64,000 nucleotides of DNA from Lentisphaerae bacterium GWF2_49_21 (GTDB taxonomy: Bacteria; Verrucomicrobiota; Lentisphaeria; Victivallales; GWF2-50-93): NCBI GenBank assembly GCA_001804805.1, contig MHBH01000033.1, positions 62,882 through 126,881 on the forward strand, in the 5' to 3' direction. Of this stretch, positions 57,591-64,000 are shown piece after piece (position 1 is the stretch's first letter; each line of letters begins with the position of its first letter). The notes under the pieces are model-generated. The model saw nothing but the letters and a program-made list of their open reading frames with translations. It did no database searches and was not told where the DNA came from. Made by a program: the position numbers and the translations under genes.

Positions 57591-59047
57591 TGACGAATCT
57601 ACTATTCATATATACTGATGAGCAGGCGTTCAACACGCTTGCAACCTATGGCAACAGTAAAATCCAGATGCCCAATCTCAACCGTCTCGCCGGTGAAAGC
57701 GTTGTCTTCGACCAGGCATATGTGACACAGCCCGTGTGTACGCCTTCGCGTTCGACTTTGCTGACCGGACAGTATCCTCACACCAATGGATGCACTGAGA
57801 ACAACCTTACGCTCCGTCAGGATACATGCTGTCTTCCTGAGATGCTTTCAAAGGGGAAATATTCCACAGGACATTACGGCAAATGGCATCTCGGAGATGA
57901 ACTGTTTGCTCAGCACGGATTTGATGAATGGATCAGCATCGAGGACAACTACAATGAATATTTTACCGTGGGAAGGGATCGCACGGTAAAATCTTCATAC
58001 CATGATTTCCTTATTGCAAACGGTTTCAAGCCACGTAAAAGGGACCGCTTTGGACGCGACGAGGCCGCGCGACTTCCGGAGGAATTCGGGAAGCCGGCAT
58101 TCCTCGCTCAGAAGTCTTCTGAATTCCTGAGGAACCACCGCAAGGATCCGTTCATGCTTTTTGTGAATTTCCTCGAGCCGCACATGCCGTTCTTCGGGCC
58201 GCGCGACAACCAGTATGTCCAGGATGAAATTCCTCTTCCTGCGAATTTCGCACATGAACTCACGGAACTGAATCCCACAAAGGCGAGACTGCTCAGGGAG
58301 AATTACGTATGGCATGGACACAGCGGTCTGCCGCTCAAGACCGAGGCCGACTGGCGCCGTATGATAGCTCACTACTGGGGGCTGTGCAGTCTCATCGACA
58401 CCCATGTCGGAACTATATTGAACACACTCGACGACTGTGGACTTCGCGACAATACGATAGTTGTCTTTACATCCGACCATGGCGACATGATGGGCTCCCA
58501 CAGGCTGATCGCGAAATGCCTGATGTTCCAGGAAGCCGTGCGCGTCCCCATGATGATCCGTTTGCCCGGACAGCGGAAATCCTGTCGCGCAACTGGACCT
58601 GTGAGCCAGGTGGACGTTGTCCCAACGCTTCTTGATCTTATGGGTCAGGAAATTCCAGATTATCTCCAAGGGAAAAGCCTGCGGAAAAAGATCGAATCAG
58701 GGAAACCAATTTCTGAAGACGACGTCTTCATCGAATGGAACGGTCCGAACAACGGACTTGGGGATGTAAAGGGTGACGTAAGCCTTCCCGACTGGATGAA
58801 GCAATTTGCCAGTCCTGAGCGGATCCGTGCCGCCACGATTGATCCGGTCCGGACTGTCATTACTCCTGACGGCTGGAAATTCAACTGCAGCCCTCTTGGG
58901 GAACACGAGCTTTACAATCTCTCCCAGGATCCACTTGAGACACGGAACATATTCAAGGAGAACAGGGAGCTTGCAGGAAAACTCCGCGACAAAATTCTCA
59001 ATTGGCAGGAGCAGACAGGAGATAAGATCAAACTGCCGAAAATATAA
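57590..59047 (+). CDS. sulfatase (formylglycine-dependent), no recognisable signal peptide
   Basis: LLFIYTDEQ, CTPSRSTLLTG (C-x-P-x-R), and FTSDHGDMMG. The start overlaps the upstream stop (TAATG). Confidence 0.9.
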   Translation: MTNLLFIYTDEQAFNTLATYGNSKIQMPNLNRLAGESVVFDQAYVTQPVCTPSRSTLLTGQYPHTNGCTENNLTLRQDTCCLPEMLSKGKYSTGHYGKWHLGDELFAQHGFDEWISIEDNYNEYFTVGRDRTVKSSYHDFLIANGFKPRKRDRFGRDEAARLPEEFGKPAFLAQKSSEFLRNHRKDPFMLFVNFLEPHMPFFGPRDNQYVQDEIPLPANFAHELTELNPTKARLLRENYVWHGHSGLPLKTEADWRRMIAHYWGLCSLIDTHVGTILNTLDDCGLRDNTIVVFTSDHGDMMGSHRLIAKCLMFQEAVRVPMMIRLPGQRKSCRATGPVSQVDVVPTLLDLMGQEIPDYLQGKSLRKKIESGKPISEDDVFIEWNGPNNGLGDVKGDVSLPDWMKQFASPERIRAATIDPVRTVITPDGWKFNCSPLGEHELYNLSQDPLETRNIFKENRELAGKLRDKILNWQEQTGDKIKLPKI

Positions 59048-59099
59048 AACCGATAGGAATTTGTCTGCAATCTGACATTGAACGGGTATTTTTAGCAGA

Positions 59100-59180
59100 T
59101 TTGTTTGTAGTTAAGCCATTATTGGCTGTGATTTTGGGAGGATTAAGAAGACACGCAATAATGCGTTGACTACGAACGAA
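59100..59180 (+). repeat. REP family 4, inverted pair
   Basis: TTTGTTTGTAGTTAA (59100-14) pairs with TTGACTACGAACGAA (59166-80) over 15 bp, 3 of them G-U on the + strand. Internal hairpins are AGCC-ATTATT-GGCT and ACGCA-ATAA-TGCGT. Confidence 0.85.
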
Positions 59181-59272
59181 AATGAAAACCACGTTTAAAT
59201 GAGAGCACTATGGAAATGTGAAAGATATTGGTCAATCCTTCATTTTGAGAGGTAACCTCTAGCCAAAACTTA

Positions 59273-59671
59273 TCACCAGAGAGTTCTCAGTCCGAACTTC
59301 CCGTAGCTTTCGAAGGCTTTGTCGCGGCTCACCAGGATCATTCCTGATTTTATTGCCTCCCAGGCGATAAGACGGTCAAATGGATCCTTGTTGTCGGTCT
59401 TTGGAAGCTTATAGAATGTTGAAACGGTTTCGGGCGACAGTTCCTGGATTGAAAAGCCCATTTCCATGGAGATTCTCGGGAAGTCGTCCGGAAGGATACC
59501 TTTGAGCTCGAGCCTTCCCATTGAATATTTGAGTGATATCTCGAAAAAGGAGACTACGCTGACATGTATATTGTTTTTCCGGTCGATGATGCTTGTCCTC
59601 GCGGTCTCGCTTAACTTGCCAGTGTCCATCGCTGCCCAGATGAGGGCATGGGTGTCGAGGATGAGGTTCAT
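59273..59671 (-). CDS. vapC: PIN-domain toxin, VapC family
   Basis: MNLILDTHALIWAAMD (first acidic PIN residue) ... DPFDRLIAWEA ... SRD. Confidence 0.9.
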   Translation of the reverse strand: MNLILDTHALIWAAMDTGKLSETARTSIIDRKNNIHVSVVSFFEISLKYSMGRLELKGILPDDFPRISMEMGFSIQELSPETVSTFYKLPKTDNKDPFDRLIAWEAIKSGMILVSRDKAFESYGKFGLRTLW

Positions 59672-59907
59672 GAGTTCAGCATATCCTCATCTGAGATTTT
59701 GAAGTTGTCCTTGATCCTGTAGGAGGCGCTTTTTTCCTTGACGCCAAGAGTGCGCTTCTTTGTACCTGCATAATCAGAATACGGGACAATCACGGCGACC
59801 TTCTCCTTCTTCCTGCCATAATTGATAGTGACCTTCTCTCCTTTGATCACCTCTTCGATGACATCCGAGAAGTGCGTCTTCAAATATCCTACCTGCATGT
59901 TCTTCAT
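59668..59907 (-). CDS. antitoxin (Phd/YefM-like) of the vapC pair
   Basis: 79 aa, 4-nt overlap with vapC. VGYLKTHFSDVIEEVIKGEKVTINYGRKKEKVAVIVPY is Phd/YefM-like. Confidence 0.8.
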   Translation of the reverse strand: MKNMQVGYLKTHFSDVIEEVIKGEKVTINYGRKKEKVAVIVPYSDYAGTKKRTLGVKEKSASYRIKDNFKISDEDMLNS

Positions 59908-59929
59908 TGCAATACTCCCTTAAACTTAA

Positions 59930-60064
59930 CCACAGAGGACACAGAGAGCACAAGATCCTGAATAATACCGGGGAAATGCAATATGCTCTGAGCCCTCAAA
60001 ATACTATAAATTCTTATTCTTGTCTTTGAGAACACAGAGCAAGAAATCTCTGTGAACTCTGTGG
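59930..60064. repeat. REP/MITE family 5 element with 18-bp inverted termini
   Basis: CCACAGAGGACACAGAGA (59930-47) against the reverse complement of TCTCTGTGAACTCTGTGG (60047-64): 16/18 match. Same CACAGAS word family as 17784-18025. Confidence 0.75.
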
Positions 60065-60169
60065 TAGTATAGTATCTTCGTAATACTTGTCAAGTTGTCA
60101 AGATAAAATCAGCCATGAAAATTCCGGCAAAGGCTTGCAAAAGGAGGCTCCGGATATTCTTTTGACGGG

Positions 60170-61027
60170 ATGAATAAATGGATCACAAAAGAAATATGCA
60201 CGCTCCTCGCAGAATGCGGCGACATTGCGCTGAAGCACTATGAAAAACGCTCCTGGAAATTCAAGAGCGACCGTTCGCTGATTACTGCCGCCGATTCCGA
60301 GATAGAGAACCTTCTCAAGCAGGAGTTCGACAGGCCTGATGAATCTGCCTATCTGATCGGCGAGGAGACTGTCGGGACAAAAAGCGAGAAATATATCGCT
60401 TCGGCTATGAAGGAGACTTCCTGGATAGTCGATCCTATAGACGGCACCGCACCTTATGCACATCACGTTCCGACCTGGGGGATTTCAATAGGATTCATGC
60501 GGGGCGGGGTGCTCAGGGAAGGCGCTGTCTTCCTTCCTGCCACCTGCGAACTTTTCATCACCGAAGGTGAGAAAGTCCTCTATGCCCGTACGGAAATTAA
60601 GAACGGAAAGACTAGGATTCTTCCATTGAAAAAGCTTTGCTCAAAAAAAATGGCCCTGACCGACGGTGGTCTGATAAGTGTGAGCCAGGACGTCGCAAAG
60701 AGGGGCCATCTTGCACTTCCCAATCCTGTGCAGGCAGTCTGCTGCACTGTCTTTTCCGGGGCATATCTCACCATGGGCAGGTATCTGGCGTATATCGGCT
60801 GTGTCAGGCTCTGGGACATAGGAGGGATTCTGCCGGTTTTGTTCAAGTCCGGTTTCAAGGGCAGGCTCATCAGCGGGCAGGAACTCACCTTGAAGATCGA
60901 CGAGAAGATCTACCATCTCGGCAAGGGCCATCCCGAACGCTGGCGCATGAGGAACCAGATGATCCTCGCGCCGGATTCCAGGACAATCAGATATATCGCC
61001 GGGAAACTGAAGGATCCAGGGAAATGA
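60170..61027 (+). CDS. inositol monophosphatase family protein
   Basis: LIGEE ... WIVDPIDGTAPYAHHVPTWGISIGF metal-binding motifs. Confidence 0.85.
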   Translation: MNKWITKEICTLLAECGDIALKHYEKRSWKFKSDRSLITAADSEIENLLKQEFDRPDESAYLIGEETVGTKSEKYIASAMKETSWIVDPIDGTAPYAHHVPTWGISIGFMRGGVLREGAVFLPATCELFITEGEKVLYARTEIKNGKTRILPLKKLCSKKMALTDGGLISVSQDVAKRGHLALPNPVQAVCCTVFSGAYLTMGRYLAYIGCVRLWDIGGILPVLFKSGFKGRLISGQELTLKIDEKIYHLGKGHPERWRMRNQMILAPDSRTIRYIAGKLKDPGK

Positions 61028-61085
61028 GTTCGGCGTATTTGCTGGTGGCGTATGAGCGGTTTTCAATTCTGAATACGGAGGAACT

Positions 61086-62114
61086 ATGGGTAAAATCCAT
61101 CTATTTCTGCTAGTAGCTTTCATGTTCATGTTCTGCACTTCCTGCATCGAGTTCGAACGCCAGGACTTATGGTTCCGCTATGATCAAAAGTCAGATGTCC
61201 TGCGCATTTTCAGCCTCTACAAAGGAATATTCGCAGAAGGGGAGGAGTTTGATGGGACTGAGAAACAGGAGCTTTCCAGTGTGATGGTGGGCGGGCGGAC
61301 ATTCTTCTTTTCCAACTGGATTACTGAATATCATGCAAGCAAATTTAAAGAAATGTTGGACGAGTTGTCATCTAATGTTAAAGATGAACAGGAAATAGCT
61401 GCAGATTATGATAAGTCCGCTAAAGCCATTCCGCTTGAAGAATACCGCAAGAATTGGCTTGCTGCCAAGGAGTCTTGTTCGGGTTTACTGAAGTTGCTCC
61501 TGGATAATGTTTCAATCCAAAATGGCAAGTTCTTTATTAAAGAGGAGGGAAAGCTGTCTGGATGGCAGTTTGTAGAAATCAAAAATGCTTCGGAACTCGC
61601 CAAGGCTTCCAATCGGGCAATCAACCAGACTATGGGTATTCTTCCAGATGTGGATAAACTAACGGAGTTAAGCCCTGAATCAATTGCCCTATGGCTGAAG
61701 GCTGGAAAGGAGAATCACCAGTGGCTGAGTTTTGAAAACGGTGTGCTGATTGTCAGGATTCCTTTGTCACAGGATGATTTTGTCAAGTTCAAACATGCAA
61801 AAGGGCGGGAAATTGCCAGTTCACAAAAGGAGTCGGAAGGCTTGGGTAAGCTTGGCTCAATATTGGAAAGCGACTGGTGGGTGGGCTGGCGGAATGATGA
61901 GGCGGTTTTTAATATTGGTTTCTCCAGCCAGGAATTCAACCATCTTGGGATGCCGGTCTTCTCCGGATACAAGCCGAATGTGATCGAATGGGTGAAGAGC
62001 GAATACGGGCTGCTGGAACAACAACCGGACATTAAAACGCTTCGCGAGAACTTCCTGAAATCAGGCTCTGTGCCGGATGAAGTTGTGACTCCGCTGATTC
62101 CGGAGCGACGTTAG
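61086..62114 (+). CDS. hypothetical lipoprotein
   Basis: Lipobox FMFCTSC. 342 aa; I recognise no family motif. Confidence 0.6.
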   Translation: MGKIHLFLLVAFMFMFCTSCIEFERQDLWFRYDQKSDVLRIFSLYKGIFAEGEEFDGTEKQELSSVMVGGRTFFFSNWITEYHASKFKEMLDELSSNVKDEQEIAADYDKSAKAIPLEEYRKNWLAAKESCSGLLKLLLDNVSIQNGKFFIKEEGKLSGWQFVEIKNASELAKASNRAINQTMGILPDVDKLTELSPESIALWLKAGKENHQWLSFENGVLIVRIPLSQDDFVKFKHAKGREIASSQKESEGLGKLGSILESDWWVGWRNDEAVFNIGFSSQEFNHLGMPVFSGYKPNVIEWVKSEYGLLEQQPDIKTLRENFLKSGSVPDEVVTPLIPERR

Positions 62115-62307
62115 CGCATTGCAGTTCCGCCAGGCAAGGATGCCCGCGCTTCGTTGAAGATGAGACGCATCGGGACTCCTTGTTAATTAAATGCAAAAGG
62201 CGCTCTTCTCAGCCCTATAATGTCGGATTTGGACATCGCAATTTGCGATCTCCATTTTTCCTCATTGCCCACGTGAAATGTACAACTGACATCAGAATTA
62301 TCAAATT

Positions 62308-62337
62308 ATTGTTTGTAGTCAAGCCATTATTGGCTGT
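62308..62337 (+). repeat. REP family 4 single unit
   Basis: ATTGTTTGTAGTCAAGCCATTATTGGCTGT, near-identical to 59100-59129. Confidence 0.8.
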
Positions 62338-62416
62338 TGCCTGGAGAAGCAAAGAGGTTTATGATTATTTTGGTCTCAAAAGGGTTTTACGATGAGTCCT
62401 CAAAATGAGGACGAAT

Positions 62417-62510
62417 CCGTTGGAGTGCGCAGACGGGATTTAAAAAGTCTGCGCTTTTGATTAAAATATGAGGGGGGGGAGCGGTGACTTTGTCACCCGC
62501 ACTCCAACGG
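62417..62510. repeat. REP family 3, inverted pair
   Basis: CCGTTGGAGT-GCGCAGAC...GTCTGCGC-TTTT ... GCGGTGAC-TTT-GTCACCCGC-ACTCCAACGG. Confidence 0.85.
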
Positions 62511-62675
62511 TCAGGCCAGGGTGCCTGACGTAAATGCAAAAATGAAAACAAAATTATATTTCCAGTTCGCGGAAAAATAATTGACATAATCCTGCTTGGA
62601 GATACTTTACCAGTGATTTTTACATGTGATGAAAAAATAAATAATATAATACAGTAAAGAAAAGGCGGGGCAAGT

Positions 62676-64000
62676 ATGAAGAACGTATTGATTCCGACAA
62701 AGCTTGAAAGCGTGGCGAAGGAGATCCTTGTCGCCAGGAACTACAAGGTCACACAGGATACAAAACCTCTCGAGGAGCTCGTCAAGGCTTATCCTGAGAC
62801 AGAAGTCCTCATAGTCCGCAGCGAAAAGGTCACACCTCAGATCATCGACGCCTTGCCGGGCCTCAGGCTTGTCGTAAGGGCCGGAGCCGGCTATGACACG
62901 ATCGACATCAAGTATGCGCGCCGCAAGAACGTCGATGTGATGAACACTCCCGGTGCGAACGCCAATGCGGTTGCCGAGGAAGTTGTCGCGATGATGCTTG
63001 CCGCGGCCCGTCATGTCGTCCAGGGCGACGTCACCACCCGTGAGGGCAAATGGGAGAAGAACAAGTTCATGGGCACCGAGCTCACCGGAAAGACCGTCGG
63101 CATCCTTGGCATGGGAAACATCGGAAGGCTTGTAGCGAAGAGGCTTGAGGGGTTCGAGATGAAGTTCCTCGTATATGATCCTATTCTTTCCGCGGATCTT
63201 GCAGAGAAGATTGGCGTGAAGATGGCTACCATCGAAGAAATATTCTCCAAGTCCGACTATGTATCATTGCATATTCCGCAGACGAACGAAACCAAGGGGA
63301 TGGTGAACAAGAAGCTTCTCGGCCTCATGAAGCCCGGCGCCTGCCTCATCAACTGCGCGAGGGCCGGAATCATCAACGAAAATGATCTTCGCGAAATCCG
63401 CAAGGAGAAGAAGATATTATTCTGCAACGACGTCTATCCGAAGGACGAGGCCGGTGCGAAGACAGTCGCCGACATCGCCGATCTCATGCTCCCCCATCTC
63501 GGTGCGAGCACCGTTGAGGCCAACACGACGGCTGCAAAACGCGCCGCCGAGCAGACCATCGCCTATTTTGAAAAGGGCATTACGAACTTCGTCGTCAACA
63601 AAGGCGTGCCAGACGGCCTTGATGAGAAGTTCCAGGAACTGGCATTCGTGCTCACGCGCCTTGCACGCTGTTATCTCGGTCCGACGACCGCTCCGCACCA
63701 GGTGGAGACCAGCTTCTACGGCAAGCTCAGGCAGTTTGGCAAATGGATGCAGGGGCCGATCGTCGCCGGAATCGCCCCGGAATTTGATCTTTATCTCGAT
63801 GCAGCCGACGCCGAAGCTTTCCTGAAGGACAGGGGAATTGTCTTTGTGAACAGGGAGCCTGATGACACGAAGCAGTATGGCGAGGCTATGACCATTGATC
63901 TCTTCGAAGGGACTTCCACGATCAAAAAGGTGAGTGTCCGCGGGACGATTGCGGAAAACAACCTCATGATTTCAAGGGTGAATGATTTTGAAAAGCTCTA
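62676..64000 (+). CDS. serA: D-3-phosphoglycerate dehydrogenase-like 2-hydroxyacid dehydrogenase (3' end outside window)
   Basis: Absent from the track because it has no stop. My manual translation from ATG 62676 gives MKNVLIPTKLESVAKEIL...GKTVGILGMGNIGRLVAKRL (NAD site)...LINCARAGII...HLGAST with no stop to nt 64000. Confidence 0.85.
   Translation, partial: MKNVLIPTKLESVAKEILVARNYKVTQDTKPLEELVKAYPETEVLIVRSEKVTPQIIDALPGLRLVVRAGAGYDTIDIKYARRKNVDVMNTPGANANAVAEEVVAMMLAAARHVVQGDVTTREGKWEKNKFMGTELTGKTVGILGMGNIGRLVAKRLEGFEMKFLVYDPILSADLAEKIGVKMATIEEIFSKSDYVSLHIPQTNETKGMVNKKLLGLMKPGACLINCARAGIINENDLREIRKEKKILFCNDVYPKDEAGAKTVADIADLMLPHLGASTVEANTTAAKRAAEQTIAYFEKGITNFVVNKGVPDGLDEKFQELAFVLTRLARCYLGPTTAPHQVETSFYGKLRQFGKWMQGPIVAGIAPEFDLYLDAADAEAFLKDRGIVFVNREPDDTKQYGEAMTIDLFEGTSTIKKVSVRGTIAENNLMISRVNDFEKL

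Noticed and set aside
62180-62587. ORFs 62180-62395 (+) and 62387-62587 (-)
   Set aside because: They lie in a spacer packed with REP family 3 and 4 units, their translations run through the repeats, and there is no RBS.

Overview
The window looks like chromosomal DNA from a polysaccharide-degrading member of the PVC superphylum (Lentisphaerota/Kiritimatiellota-like). That assignment is an inference from gene content, not a search result. I call about 56 protein genes and 1 tRNA; there is no rRNA, CRISPR array, integrase or transposase. Content, in order: (i) three LacI/GntR-regulated carbohydrate loci carrying GH10, two CE4/DUF2334-like esterases, GH38, GH43, GH78, two sulfatases and a Gfo/Idh/MocA-ThuA-Gfo/Idh/MocA set; (ii) four FTLIELL/DUF1559-type pseudopilin-like genes, each next to a regulator and/or CAZyme; (iii) an 1844-aa secreted TPR + beta-propeller + HEAT-repeat protein with no recognisable catalytic or output domain; (iv) housekeeping genes (dnaK, groES-groEL, hpt, leuB, serA-like, DEAD-box helicase, PiT/DUF47, Fe/Mn-SOD, alkaline phosphatase, Nif3, UbiB/ABC1 kinase); (v) a vapBC toxin-antitoxin pair and an orphan AbrB-type antitoxin. 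Nearly every intergenic spacer holds one of at least six families of hairpin/inverted-repeat (REP/MITE-like) elements, several showing compensatory base changes between copies. The least explained non-coding signal is at 33630-34040: three copies of a 66-nt stem-loop with a conserved loop and covarying stem, then a 90-nt interrupted hairpin, then a strong intrinsic terminator. This is a candidate structured RNA. All calls rest on reading the sequence and the supplied translations; no searches were run.
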